From Balanoglossus misakiensis (lineage: Eukaryota; Animalia; Hemichordata), in NCBI GenBank assembly GCA_040954595.2, contig CM082583.2, forward strand, positions 12,438,987 through 12,502,986: DNA of 64,000 nt, read 5' to 3'. A model generated the notes under the pieces. It was given only the letters and a program-made list of their open reading frames with translations, had not been told where the DNA came from and did no database searches. The first letter of the stretch is position 1. Each line of letters begins with the position of its first letter. Positions 1 through 14,500 of this stretch are shown piece after piece. Made by a program: the position numbers and the translations under genes.

Positions 1-728
1 AAGGGTAAAATTCTAGCACAACAATCAGTTAAAACTAGGGAATCGATGTTAAGTATTCACTGTTTTCAAATTAAGAAAAGGTCAAATTGCAAAATGTATA
101 TCAGATTTCTGCTGAAGTTCAATCGGTAATCAAGGAGAAAATGAGATTGAGTCCATATGTGTATTCGAAGAGCAACTAGAGCTTGCAGTCATTCTGGCTT
201 AAGAGAAAACACGGCTTCGTTACTGCTAAAATATTGTCTTTATATCTGCCGATGTTATCATCACATTCTCAAAAAGTTTATAGTTTCACAAAGATTGCCA
301 CTTTATTTACAATTCTAACTTCTCAGTGTCAGATAACATTGAAGAATTCATGTGTAGCCAGCCAGCTCTTATTCAATCTTGCGTTAGATAAAATGACAGA
401 ACTAGAGATGTGTATCAGTAATTTATGGAATGTAGTTACTGCAAAGTTATATGGTTAATTTGGCTCTTTGCAGCATAACATGATAAGTCATGCTTTGATT
501 GCAATTTACTGATAATAATGATACTCCATGGCTATGCAGCTTATCAAGAAAATCGCTGTGGTCAGGTTTCTGTTCCGGTGTAGGTTTTGTTTGAACAAAT
601 GCTAACTAACCAGAGCTTTATTTCAGACACGTGAACGGTCTGTTTACACAACGACCTGATTCCGGCACAAGACTAAGAATCTATGGATTATTTTATCAAG
701 TAGTTTGATTCTCGGAGCACATGGGTAA

Positions 729-912
729 GGGACTGGTCAGTTTCTTCTGCCTGGGGGGTGGATTCTGCTTCGTGGATATCAAAAGTGACTGACCCCCCTC
801 CTCTCATGGAAAAGTGGGTGAACCCTCCCCATCACCCAATTCCATATCAGAGTGACCTCCCCCATGAATCCACTGCTCCCCCCCCCCCCAGCCAAAGAAA
901 CTGACCAGTCCC
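729..912. mobile_element. PIF/Harbinger (Tourist-like) MITE
   Basis: TIRs GGGACTGGTCAGTTTCTT...AAGAAACTGACCAGTCCC followed by G/C runs. TAA lies on both sides (726-728, 913-915), matching the 3-bp TWA target duplication of PIF/Harbinger. No ORF. Confidence 0.8.
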
Positions 913-1158
913 TAAGGCATGTAAATTTCATCAAAGAGACTTGCACTGTTACAGAACGGATGAAGCTGTAGGCAGTGCAGACAACTTATCAAGGCATGGG
1001 TTATGAGGCACAGTGACTTGGGGACTCACAGCCCTTCGTCGCCTCTCTGACTTCTGCATCCATAAGACCATGAAGTTCTGTCTACACTGGCTACACCATC
1101 TCCATAGACTAGTTTCGATTCTCAATGATCAGGGCTCTGTCTTCTGCCAGAGATCAGT

Positions 1159-1400
1159 TAGCTACATAGCTGTGGAAACGCAGCTGTAACGTGGGGGATA
1201 TGTTGATTTCCCCTCGGACATACCCCCCTCCCCCTCCCACGGTACAGCTGCGTTTACACAGCTATATAGCTACAGTACAGTAGCTGGAGGTTTTGCCTAA
1301 GGTTGGGGTGGATCTGGTTTTGCCGTCCAACCCCCAAATCTGGCTTTACCGTCCAATCCCAAACACCAGGCAGAACCTCGAGCTGCGGTAATACAGCCTA
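1159..1400. mobile_element. Two adjacent hairpin MITEs with related TAGCTG-type TIRs
   Basis: Unit 1 (1159-1272) has ~37-bp TIRs, TAGCTACATAGCTGTGGAAACGCAGCTGTAACGTGGG / CCCACGGTACAGCTGCGTTTACACAGCTATATAGCTA. Unit 2 (~1269-1398) has ~30-bp imperfect TIRs and an internal tandem duplication. AGATCAGT flanks the composite at 1151-1158 and 1400-1407. Confidence 0.7.
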
Positions 1401-1599
1401 GATCAGTACGGCACATCGCATAAGAGACTGCCGAACAGGGGGGCGTGGCTGTGAAACTGATCGTCTAGCAAGTTGGCGAACGATGTCAACCCATTTTTAC
1501 CAGTGTAACTCAATGGTAAATATAAGTTACTCGATCGAGAAAGCATAACATTCTTAACTTTCACTTGAACTCCCCTGCAACAGAGAGAACATTGAACTG

Positions 1600-1690
1600 A
1601 CCTCGCTCGTGTCGTCTGAAGCCTGGGTCGTCTGCTATCTAAGATGGCCGCTGTGGAAGTGACGTCACACCCATAATACCCCGCGCGCGC
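1600..1690. promoter_or_regulatory. Probable promoter / non-coding first exon of a minus-strand gene running off the left edge
   Basis: YY1-like AAGATGGCCGC (1641-1651), ETS-CRE composite GGAAGTGACGTCAC (~1655-1668) and a CGCGCGCG tract. The minus strand has a donor GAG|GTCAGT near 1601 and an acceptor CTCTGTTGCAG near 1575. Confidence 0.4.
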
Positions 1691-4600
1691 AAAACTTTTA
1701 TCAAACTTTACAAACTTTTTTTAATGTACGGTTACTTGAAAGACTCGTGGCTCTTTTATTGAAAAGAACTTCAACTGAATAGAAGTTACACAAAGGTATA
1801 TACCCTGCACGCGTAAACTGCGAAATTACAGGTGAAATGTAGTGACAAGAAACGACAGTCGACGCCCGGTGAAGTGGCAAATGAGGCGCGCGTCTGAGAC
1901 CAACAGCAATTCTGACGAAAAGGTCATGAAATTGCATCAGGTAATCGCCAAGAGCCGTTATCAAGAAACTGGCCTCAACATCTAACTTTTACAGTGAAAC
2001 GTTGATAGTGAAACAACTTGAAAGATCGGTCGTCTCGACATTTTTCAAGATTCCCGTGTGCTTAACCACAATTTTTACGTGTTTTTACGCTCACGTTTGA
2101 CAAATTTCTGGGCCGCCGTCCATTGTTTGACCCCGTTGACTTGGGAGGACACAGACCAAAGCACAACGTTCCACCTCACTAAGTTTTATTTTGCGCCGTC
2201 GCCAAGCGCACCGCCAAAGATGATATATGTCTTTCCGTTTGGTGAAGACTTCATCTTGACTTTCCAAAAGGGCGTCACTCTTTTGAGCTTTTGCCAACTC
2301 TGAGACGTTGCCGCAAACACACGGGCTTCAAGGCTTAACCCCCGCCGGCAAATAATGCGCCTTGCGACGGTTTTTATGAGGGAGTTTTAGTGGCCCGCAA
2401 AAGTGTGCCGTCCGCGTACGTTTCACATCGATTGTCAAACTATAGAGGCAAGAAGCAGACGCGGGCGAGTGGACCCGAACTATGTGTTTGCACGTCCGCA
2501 TCCCATAGTAGCCGCACTATGGGTAAACATGTTTGGCCGAGCACATCGCTACCCTAGACCCCAGCATACATGCCACTACATCATATGTAGACCTTGGGCG
2601 TGGTCGGGGTAACTATTGACACTGTAACGGTTGCGCCGCGTCAAAAAAACTATTAAAGAGGAATTACGCTATAATAGTTTACATAACAGATGATAAGGGT
2701 TTCAAGTTGGTGTTTGGGTATAGATTTCATCTGATCTGTTATATCGCAACACACAGCAATAAACAGTTATTGACTTGAACGTACGACTTGTCTTCTCCAG
2801 TGGGGGCGTTCCCTGGACCTGTCTGCGTTTGATCACCTGTGACGTCACATAATCCGACAAGGACCCAAATAAAGTTATGTTTGGCTGACGCACCTCCGGT
2901 AACCATATGACGTCACAGTGCGCACAAAAGTGCGGCTGATCGGCCACAGACGTTTTATTTGTCATTCTCTAAGTATCCAACTTGTGGACGAAACTTCATC
3001 GCCAACACACAGAAAGCGACACTGTCTGTTTCATATCATAATCAATTGCAGCTGGCAGCTGACATATCAAAAATTAAATTCCTCGCGACGTTAGGAGAAG
3101 CCACCCCGCTGTCGTCGTCATAATTAGCCATATGAAATCGCCATGAAATTTTTCATCCGGGACACTAAGTATTCGATCCTTTGGTAGCGTCTTGGTCAAA
3201 GTTCACATTCTACTAATGACACGCGCTTCAAAAGTATATTAAAAGCAAAATAAGATATTAGAAGGACATGAATGTCGCATCTGTGACATGATTTTACATG
3301 CACTAGCCACTCTCGAGCTGAGCCTGGAAGCATATCAATTCTGTCCATTATATACAACTCTAAAGTTGCCTTGGTAACGCGAAACTTATTATGAGGCAGA
3401 CAAAGACGACAGAAGTCTCGAAATACTTCCATGCTTGATGACTTGTCGCTCTCACTACTCATACCCGCTCGTGCGCATGACCTTGACAGGCACGTGTCTG
3501 GCTTAACAGTCGTATTATTGCTGAACAAAACAAAAAGAAACGCTCTGTGCCAATTTACAGAGAAAATAAGTCATAAATACACCCTCGGTAGTCTGCTCCG
3601 GGAAAAGGGCGTAAAACATCAACGGTATGGCCCCCAGGGGACGACTCGGCATAAATCAAAACGGGGATTATTTTTGCTCAATACCCGACAAAACATAAAA
3701 GCAGCACGCGGCGCGCGACTGATTTTTGATGATCGTTTCTAATTGCGTGGGGAATTTCAACTAACCGAGGGAATGGTTTCTGAAGTTAAATTTTATTCAG
3801 GGCGAAAATAAGCGAGAAGAATCGACTTGTGCCGCGCGATTTAACATCACAGGGAAATAAATGGTAAAGTAAAGGTAAAACCGTTGAAAAAGGGTGGTCT
3901 CCGACCATTAGTAGACAGCAGCTGCTAAGTTGACCGAGTGTTATCTTCTCTCCTGTGGCCGATGGGCGTCCATTTACGGTCTCCTACCTACCTTCACGTC
4001 TTCCCACTTAGTTTAAGCTTACCTCGAATTATCGTTTCTTTATGAATGTTCTTAAAGAATGTTATTCGTATTAGCAAACGAGTGCACAGGTCTGTCTGCC
4101 TCTCCCCGTTTACAACTTGTCTCTTGAGGCTAATGGATCCGATGGCAAGAAAACATTACACTGGAAAGCAGATATAGCGGCGAAACTAAAAGGCCCTCGT
4201 AACAAATTGCAATACCATGTAAAACCGTTCGAGCGTTATGTCGACGTGTTTACAATTAGAAGGGGGAGACACGAATGCAAACAGACAGACAAGATTTGAT
4301 TAAGTCCCCCTAAAGGTTGACGGAAAATAGGAAGAAACGACACAATAGCGCAGAAATTACGGCGAAATGGCCAACGTCTGCCGCGCACTGTAACACGAAT
4401 TCACAGACAAACGCGAGAGCGATTTTTTTCTCCCTCAGAACTGTCAATATTTTAGCTCTGATCTCAGAGCACTTAGACTCTGATGTGTCAGGTGGTTGAA
4501 CAACTGCCGGGAGAAAAGGGGCACTTACAAACGACTTGATGTGAAACGTTTCCCAAACACGCCAGTCGAATTTTATGTGTATCTATGGAGACCATCCCTT

Positions 4601-7600
4601 TCACAGGCAGTATTTCATCCAATGTTTAGAGTCCTGAAGTTGACAAATACAGCGAACACTTACCATTAAAAGAATCGAAATGTTCAACAGTGTCACATCC
4701 ATCATCACTTTCATCGTCTCGGCGCAGGGCGCAAAATAAACACTCCGTCACACTCACGAGAGCAGTCCGTAACTGATGGCGGGTAGGAGACTGTATTTCA
4801 GGGCTACTGTATGCTTTATAAGATCAAGATGGATCGTTCTCCTGATGGTGGTCTCCGCTCCGCATCCAACGCGATTTCACCGTCGAGTCTTATCCGTTCT
4901 GCAAATCAACTGTTGTGATTCCGACGACTTTCAGCTGCTTTCTCGTGGAGAACGTGAAGCTATAAAACGAAAGAGGAAAACGGTTTAAATATCGACCGTA
5001 AATGTTTGACGAGTCGGCGTGACACACTCCAGTAAGTCTACGGGGACATTCAGCAGTGTGTGGTGAGATTATCAAAGTGAAGGATGGGAGGTCTTGGTAG
5101 AAAGTTGGTATAGTGCGCATAGCCGAACAACACAGCAACGAGGGCGATCTCGCGATCCGCACCACCACGATGTGCGTGCTATGCACTGGAATGCGTCAGG
5201 GCAGCTCAGGGCTTGCCAGGCCCACCTATCAATGTCACTTGCCGATCTCAAGCACTGCGCAGACTACTGCCAAAGGCGTAGAAGTCTGCCAAGTGCCCTT
5301 AAAACACCGCGCCGATGTGTGGAACGAAAAGTGAACACTTCACAGAAATAGTGAAAGACGTGAATATGCCCTTGACGTACGGCGAAGTGGGATTATTGCC
5401 ATAAGGGTCGGTGAATACCTTGAGAGAGATTTACAACTCTTACACCACCACGTGTTGATCAGGACTATAGCAATGGCTAAATACACCCACCAGCAACCTA
5501 TAGAGCAAGCTATGCTTTTCTTACCCACGTCACCAATTTCGATCTTTTTTTGCCCCGGAGACGTCTGCGGTTAAATCATCAGCTGACTTGGAGGTTTTCC
5601 GTTTTCTTTTTTCTTTTCTAGACGTGCTACTCAAAAGTCTAGAGGCGACGTTGACGACGAGCGCGTGAAAGGGCGGTACGTCCGCTGGTCTGTCAATACA
5701 CAGAAATATGCGAACACAGACTGTGTCTATACACACGCACTTCTGCAAGTGCGTTTCTTTACAAATGTAAAGCTCGGACGAAATGTCGCGTTAAATATCG
5801 ACAGGCCAATAAAAAGGCAGTATACCTTCCATCATTGACTTCTCTACGCTCTATTAAACTGTGTTTCTAAACAGTTCTCTTCAGATCCAGCCAAGTTTCT
5901 CAACGGTCCCACTCCGGGTCACTTGGCGTAAATCACGGCGCAACACGTGACTCCACCTGGGGTACAGTGCCCGGTGTGCGTCAATTGAAAGGTATTGATA
6001 ATTGCGTTTGTGATAAAATGCTGGTGTATTGTGATGCCCGGTATCTGGCTGGGATCGGGGGGCAGTTACCGATAACATGGCCAGTTAGCATGGTTAGAGT
6101 CAACAATTGAGACCTGCTCGTGTTTCCGCGACGCACTACATAGTTCAGGATTCGGTTTCAGGTTTGATCGGGGTGTAGCCTGGGTGTAGCTATTCTGGCC
6201 GTGTTTGTTAGTTGTAAGTCTGCTTGTTAAACCAAATACGGAGGAATGTCCGCCGCGGGGTCTGTTTACGGCATAACAAAACCCGCACCATTGGCAGTTG
6301 GGGGTTGTCGCGACCCGTTCTCTTTGATAGCAGTGAACTTCGCAAAAAGGGGACACGATGCTGGTTAAAGAATCGTCCACAACACCAATTCGAAAATAAC
6401 CAAGATGTTAGTAACTTTATAATCGTCTGAGAAATCAGAATTCAAAAGTGACCAACCTGGGGAATTTACAAGCATATAAACCCCTCGTGAAATATTTGAT
6501 CATAAATCTAAATGAACATATTCGGAGAAGAAATTTTTACAAAATTAAGACAGGTACTCAATGCACAATGTATATACGTTGATACTATCAAACATCTCTG
6601 TGTATCCATGGCAACCGACGAATTTTGGCCACGCAGCAGAGCTCTGGGAATTTTATCAAAGCGACCGAGTCTACTCGGTTCGGAAATATCGAATTAAAAT
6701 GCAATATAACCCAAGGTGGTCTTAAAGTTCTCATAATTATCGCGTGGATCAAAAGTAACGACTAAAAGTGGATGAAAACACCGCAAATCCCGGATGTCAA
6801 CTGAGTATTACTAACGCTGCAAGAAGCCCTCTGATCGAATTACACAAGTACAGTCGCATTGAATCGCTCCTTTCTTTAAATACTAAATCAGAGAATGACG
6901 TGATGGCTGCTGGTTCTATGACATCACCCCGAGTTAAAAAAAAGATTTGATTAATCGAAACATTATTACAATGTAATAATATGACTCACACTTTCTATGG
7001 ATTGGCCCCGTCTTGGGTTAGTTTCATGTGGTATATATATTATTTGATTCTGAGAATAGAATTTGTTCCGTTCGAAGAAAAAAATACTCTTCATGTATGG
7101 AAACAAATGACGCCGAGACAAAGCGATGCAGTTCTCTGTCCAGTTCTTGTATACTACTATCCGACTGCAGTTATTCAAAATGAGTGATTCTGAGTCATCT
7201 TGTAAAAACAAGAACATGTTTTAAGCTTTAACTGTTGTACATAACCGTTTAAGTGCTTCCCCCAAAACTAGGCCGTTTTCGTTTTATGAAGATGTTTTCG
7301 TAAAATGAAATCTACTGCCACGAAAACCCCCTATGCTGTGACAATCTTTACTGCTGACGACCTCCCCCCCCCCCCCCCCCTTCATTTTTTCACACAGGGC
7401 GGTAAGATCTCAATTTAGCTCAAAAAGGCAGAAAGCGACCGGCACAATGAATTGAATACGGACAAAGCCCAGAAATATGGACGAAAATCCGCCGGAATAC
7501 TGATAATTGAAGTTCCATTTCAACCAGAATCGCACGCCATCGCTCATTCTCAAATGCACATCACGGGGTATTATAGAATTTGCCATTGAAGAGCAACCAG

Positions 7601-8311
7601 CGTGTTAAGCCTATCCTTGTCGTCCCACACTACACGCCCCTTCTTTTCCTGATCGTATATCCCCGCCCATCAACACCTTGTGGCAAAACTCTCTCTCCTT
7701 TATTCACACCGTTCCTTTGAGCGATGTTCTCCACGGCCACTGTATCTGTTTGAAAGAAAGGGTCTACATGTACCTATTCAAGAGAACCCACTCAATTTGG
7801 AGATTATATCGGGGCCTGACCGGTTTAATTCAATTTAAACCCCCCTCCTTTTGCCGGAGAGTGTCGCCTCGAGCTCCACAGCCTAGAAACTTTGCTGCTT
7901 TTATCCGAGTGCAACCACGCGTCCTGGACAATTTTATGTCTGTGTTCCGGTCGACGAGAAGCGATACAAGATTTCTTTTGCCAACAACTGACCCACTATT
8001 GCTCAAGCTCACTAAATAGCCAGTTTCTATAAAAAAATATAAAACGCGTTTCTGACATCTTTTTTTCGAGAAGAGGACGAACGAATTGTCAAATGGGTGC
8101 ACATGCTATAGAATCTCTTGTTTGTTCAGATCCTGGTGATTCTCACAGGAAAGATGCCCGACCTCACCCGGAGAAAAATCTTATCAAAATATAAAAAATG
8201 CGACCTTTAGAGTCACAGCTGTAGCTATCGATCACCTTCCGACTTCTGATAACCTACGTAGGTTGGGAAATGATATCCTCCAAATGAAAAACAAAATAAA
8301 AGATGCTCAGA

Positions 8312-8535
<224 letters not shown>

Positions 8536-11500
8536 AACCGTTACGTTGAAACAAACTTACGCTTGACCAGTTCAGTTGCAGCCAACGCGGTTTTCTAGAA
8601 GAACTCCACGCCGAATCCGAATGAAAATAAAGTGGTCCGGGAACACGAGTTAAAGCGTACGCTGACTCTTCCGAGTTGGATATGATTCTCAGTGCTCTGC
8701 TCAGTTTTCAAATATATGTTTCCGGCTATTAGCATCTGTCAGTGTTTCCGGTATACAAAATTAGACCGAATTAATACGATTTTGCTGCGGCACCGCGAAA
8801 ACGTCACCCACCCACAGTGGGTTTGCCAGTTTGAATTATTTGGACGGACGATTTCATTTCTCGGCAGACAACAGGATGTGGTTTGCTGCGTGTCACGTTG
8901 GAAATAACAGACAGGAAAGTAGTGACATGGTTTATCACCCTAAATGGGCGTAATGTCAAGGAGAATAAAGTCTTGAATAATGGTTCATGTCTATTTTAAA
9001 ACCTTTTTCGCAGTAAATGCAATCAAGTAACGCGTAATCGTATTGCAAAATCAAAATATTGTTAACGTTTTCTTTCCTGAAGTGTGACTTTACACACCAA
9101 TGTGTTGAATACGTTTGGGGTATGAACGCAATTATTTTAAACGCCTCGAAAGAGAACTACATGATAAAAACAAAATTATTTGAAAATTCCGTTATTTCTC
9201 ATGTTACTTTGAATTCCACCGCAAAAGGGTTTAAACCCTACATTACAGGCCAATGTTATAAGTCTTTCTTGTGTGAAGTTTTTTTAATGCACCCAACAAT
9301 GGTGAGACCATTATGCGAATTTTCCATTAGGAATGATCAGTCTTGAGTCTTAGCTGTGCTCTAGGGTAACCTGCGGGCCAGTGTCAAAGATCATGGGGTC
9401 AGGTCCCAAAGTTTTGTGGTACGTATGTCCCTAACCACGAGCATTTTACATCTATACTACACAAAGATTAATAAACTAGGGACCTCTCATAATTCACATC
9501 CGATGGATTCAGTCATCCTTTCTTCAGCCTAATTTACCCCACGGTAAAAAATAATGACGGGTCCCTTAAAATCGGTGTCCCTTGCATCGAAGCGAAGACA
9601 TTCGGTCCTATCTTTTAAGACTGAATGTCCCTAGGATGTGTTGATTTCTCTTAAAGGTGTTGTACTTCATAGAAATATAAATGTTTTCTCGCCAAGAGCA
9701 TCAGTGGTACAGCTCTTGGCGGTCACATTGAGACCCAATTATCCTTCAGGGAGCATGATAATTCAACTAGTGAAAGTCGGACATTTTCAAAAGAGAAATA
9801 GCCTATCCAACATACTCCCACCATCTAGCGGCAAAAATTATGAGAAGACAACGCCAGATGACACGAGAATATCTCTGATAGAAATCTGTCATTGCTTTCC
9901 CATCTGGTAAGACCTCTTTACTGGTGCAATATTTTAGCGGCAGACGGTGAAAGACAAACTTACATTCATCAGATGTTACCAGAATACCAACTACATTGTA
10001 AGCATCCCATGGACTCCGACGACAGACGGTTACCACAAGTGGTGTGATATACTTTCGAAGAGAGGCTTCCCGGGGAAACGAAGCGCCAATGATTCCCAGT
10101 CGAATCACCGTTGTGTCAATACTGACTAATGGATTATAGTTGTTTTCGGAAAATATAGTTACGGTAAATTAGTTTGTATATAAGTCTGCCCCTTGCCCCT
10201 TAGCCAGACAAAAAGATCCTTAGCGTGCGTTTCTCGTTTTTGTCGCTCATTCTTAGGTTTAAGTGGATTTTTACACTTGCCTATACAGTTACAACTATTG
10301 ACTAAGTGGCTCTTTTTTACATTGTGTAACTAAATATGTATATTGGAAAAAAAGCGGAGGTCGAGATTAAGACTTCTCATTTTGCCAATCCACAGTCTGC
10401 TGGCCACTGCCTTCTTTCTAGGCGTTTTTTATGTCAAAAGCGTTGTCCTGTTTATCTATACCCTCTTCGAATGTCACCTCCGTGCACTCGATGCGCCACC
10501 GTCTTCGAAAATGAACCCGCTAGTTCGAGTACTGAATTTGGGTGGCAGTCGCCGAAGACGACGAAAATTCGCGCTAATTTGTGAACGCTATACGAGGTGT
10601 CTACATGTGTCACCTGGCAAATACACTTGGCGAGTGGAGATTACCTCACAACGCGGGGTGTCGACTTCACCCGACCATTGGTGCGACACCGGTGATACGG
10701 CACCGAGAAGGGCGATAGGGTTTTCCGCTCTCTCCGAGCACTTTGTCCAATATCTCATTTGAAACCGTTACAACTGCACTAACCCCCACCCTGAAGAATA
10801 CAGCTAAAAAGGTCAAAATATAAACTCATATATTATGGCAGGCCTCGACGCAAGAATACAATGTCCTCTTGTGACCGGTAGATTTTGAGGGTGAACGACC
10901 AACAGACGATGAACGCAACTTGCGTAGTATATTTTGTACACGTGACTCATATTTCTACAATATATCAATTTTCTGTTGAATTCAGCGAAAAGTAAAACTA
11001 CTGGTTTGGTGTAAGTCGAACATGCACGAGCGCAACTAGTGTCCAAACCGGGGTTCAAGTCACAGGGTTCGAAAACAAACTTGATCGATCGACTCACAAA
11101 TTCTGCCAGGCTCTTTGGAAACGCAAGAATTCTCCTTCTGGGCGATCAATACCCATTCAATCACTTTCATTCCTGAACTTAGGCAATCATTTTTGATTTC
11201 AGTAACTGCACGTAAATGTGATATTTGTATACCTGTATGATTTTGTGATATGCCGTGGATGGTAAATAAATCTAATTTTATTTAGTTTGGCCTAACGTGG
11301 TTGAGAGATCGTTTGCCAGCCACAATTTCGTTTAATTAAAATGTTTCATCACTTGACATTGAAGAGCGAGGGCACCCAAGGCTAAGATTGATCAGCGTCA
11401 ACTTGACCGTCCTCAAATGACCTGTACCCACGGGGTACATACCTACAAGAAACACTAACACAATAAACTGAAGCTATACTTAGCAGACCGTTTCTTCCTT

Positions 11501-14500
11501 TTTGCCCTCTACCGATCATCTGTAAGCGATTCGTTGTCATGAGAACTGACTGTGAACCCCCTGGGACACCTTTCGCTTTTGCTTGTTTTCGGCGCCGAAT
11601 TGACGGGAAATCTAGCGTGACGACCGCGCAGGAAACCCAAAACACACACCTGAGATTGCTTTCTCTTGCACATCCTCGCAGACTACAGAGAAATCTTTGA
11701 ACCGCGTTCGCCTGTCGTCTGCCCGTTCTGATGAGAAAATGCCCGTCTGACATGATGGATTCCACAGGCCGTTGTCGAGTGGTTAAAGAAATTAAATGAA
11801 CCGTACAGTGGGCGCATGCTTTTCAATCCCGCACCATCTTTTCCCCCTTTTTCTTAATTTCGCGCATTATCCTTGTAGGGTCATGGAGAGTTTTCCTTTT
11901 TTCTTGTTTCGCTTAGTTCGGTTTATGCAGCTGTCGAAATGTTTTGCAAACAGCGAAGCATATAGTATATACAAAGATATCATATCTTGAAGCAATACCC
12001 CGACATAGTGCATGGCTTGACTCGTGTATGCCGTGAGCCATAACTAATAGGCTGTAAGCGCAGTATTCACGTGTGAGTGGGGGGGGGGGGGGGGCTGGTT
12101 GGCCGAAGTCGCCGGGTGCGTCGCCGGGTGCGTGATGGCCACCTCCTTACATGATCACACTTCCCCAAAAGATGTTGTTCTAGAAGCCGAGGAGGGGAAT
12201 ATAACATAACGTGTTTTGAGTTGACAAGGCAGCCGGTGTACCTTGTGTGCTCGGGTAAACACATTAACCACGACACGAAATTCCTCGGCATTCGAGACAG
12301 TGAAACGGGTATTATATCTTTGTTTCAACAAGACACCCCAACATGCAAGACCGCCAATTCGCACCTAGTAGCTGTTGCGCCAAAGTTGTTGATCGAGTTG
12401 TCGAACATCGGTAGTCAAATAACAACCCCGATGTCCTGAATAAAGGTTATTATTATTGCGAGCGCACCGGCGCATACTTCACCAAGGAAATCGCATCCAC
12501 GCGGGACAAATTTGCGTCAAACGATCGCGACAGGTAGTTGTGGTCAGAGTACAAAAAGTCCTTCATACAGGACGCATATAAAGGCGACTAAAACCGAGCC
12601 ATAGAATGGTACGGAGAGAATTAAAGTGCTAATCTTTTAACGATTAGCCTAGTATGACTTGACAGTTCCCTAGACTATCTGGCTCACAGGTCCAAAAGTG
12701 CCGACTTATAATTTTTTCGTCCATTGCTCAAAAAGATGCTAACAGATTAGAACTCTCCAAATTTCTTGGCCTTGTAGATTACAATAGACCATTCTTTGAA
12801 TCGGTCTGAAAGTTCTGTTGTTTTTACAACAGACGACACCCTCCTGGGGTTCTCGTTTGAGTACGCATTAAATAGCCTACCTTGTCGACGTGTCCCCACA
12901 CAGAACGGTGAACCCTAATTCCTATTACAGCTCAAGATCTACTCGGCGAGTCGACAAGACACTTGACTGTAATCCCACGAGACTTTGATAGACTGACAGC
13001 GGCGCTGATTGACGCCACCTGGAGGCGGGTGGAGGGGTTTGATCACTTTTGAAGCAAGCGTGATTTGGCAAGGTATATATGAGAAAACTTCTCAGAAAGA
13101 AAAGAAGGGGGTGCAGTCATGTTATCACTTCAAAAGAACTTGTCGGGTGTGAAAGAATGTGCAATTTCTCGAGCCTTTTAAAATTGACATAAGGCCTAAA
13201 ATAGGTCGCGTGCTCATCAACTTTTGAAAAGAGATTCTGCGCGGCCCCTTTGTAACTTCGAAGTCAACAATCGCCGGAAACTCTGTCCGAACGCAACTAT
13301 TCTTATCCTGTTGCTAAATCTGGCTGGTGTACCTTAAAACCTAATAAACGTTTTGTTTGTCTGTGGTAAAATCAGAAAGAATAGGCACACGTGGACGGGC
13401 TGGTTTCTGGAGTGGCTACGTGTCGACAGGCATGCCGATAGACCGAAGAACGTTTGCAAATCTCCGGTGTTGTGTGCGTTTAGGTGTTGACCAGATTTGA
13501 TTCGAGTATTGGCGGATAATGCGAACATTACGTCGACTCCCCGAAACAAAACAGATCAATCTGCCAAAAATGTCTGGAACGTTTCACATTGTTTCCTCGC
13601 CGGTTGAAACCACGGAATACAGGCATGCTGTATTGCATGCAACCTGTTTTCAGTTATCTATACTATACATAGGCCTACTTAAATGGGACTGAGGGTTAAA
13701 AGTTTGATGAAGGTGTACCTCAAATACTACGGTCTTTTGTTTCTGTTTAAATTATAAATATACTTCATCACATGAATACTTTTTTTCATCTGGCATTTGT
13801 AAACCCACGTCGTCATCACATACTTAGTAATACGTCACCACTGGTAGCTGCAATAATGACGTAGCTTTCAAGTTGGTGGGCTGGGACTTTGTCGGTAAAA
13901 AATATTGGAAATATATAATAAGCGATTTCGCACACAATATATATCCGACAGCGTTGATCCCTACTCCTAGCCAAAACACCTTTCAAGCCTTCAATTCTTA
14001 TTTATTTGTCCAGTTTTTCAACACGTGTTCATTCTACATACCGATTGTATTGATTGTTTTTGTCTACCAGCTTTGCTAAAGTCCGGGTGGAAGTTTTTGC
14101 ATTTCTGCACGTTTTTTTTCTGGCACACGTGGAGATAAGCAGTTGATCCTTTGCTATCACAGAGCGCATGACATGGTCGGCGACGGTAACCTTTGACAAC
14201 GAACTGTCACGATCATTGGCAGTGACGTCACAGCATGTACCACATGTCATGTAGTAGGGTTAATACAAACGTACAGCAGCAAAAAATCTCAACTTCCAAT
14301 AGCAACAAACAAAAAGGCAAAATACCTCGTATATAGGACGTTTTAAAATGACTCCAGTGGCTAGTGGTTGCTGTCTGTGCTATTTTAGTCCAAATTACCT
14401 TTTTTTTCATTTGTTCCGAAAGTAAACTGCACCTTGGTGCAACAGGTGTCAGTTGCAACCACTATCTTCCTACCTGTGATAACATAATTACCGAAAATTG

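Noticed and set aside
12200-12460. AATAAAGGTTATTATTATT resembling a retroposon 3' tail
   Set aside because: No reverse-transcriptase remnant, tRNA-like head or TSD is visible.
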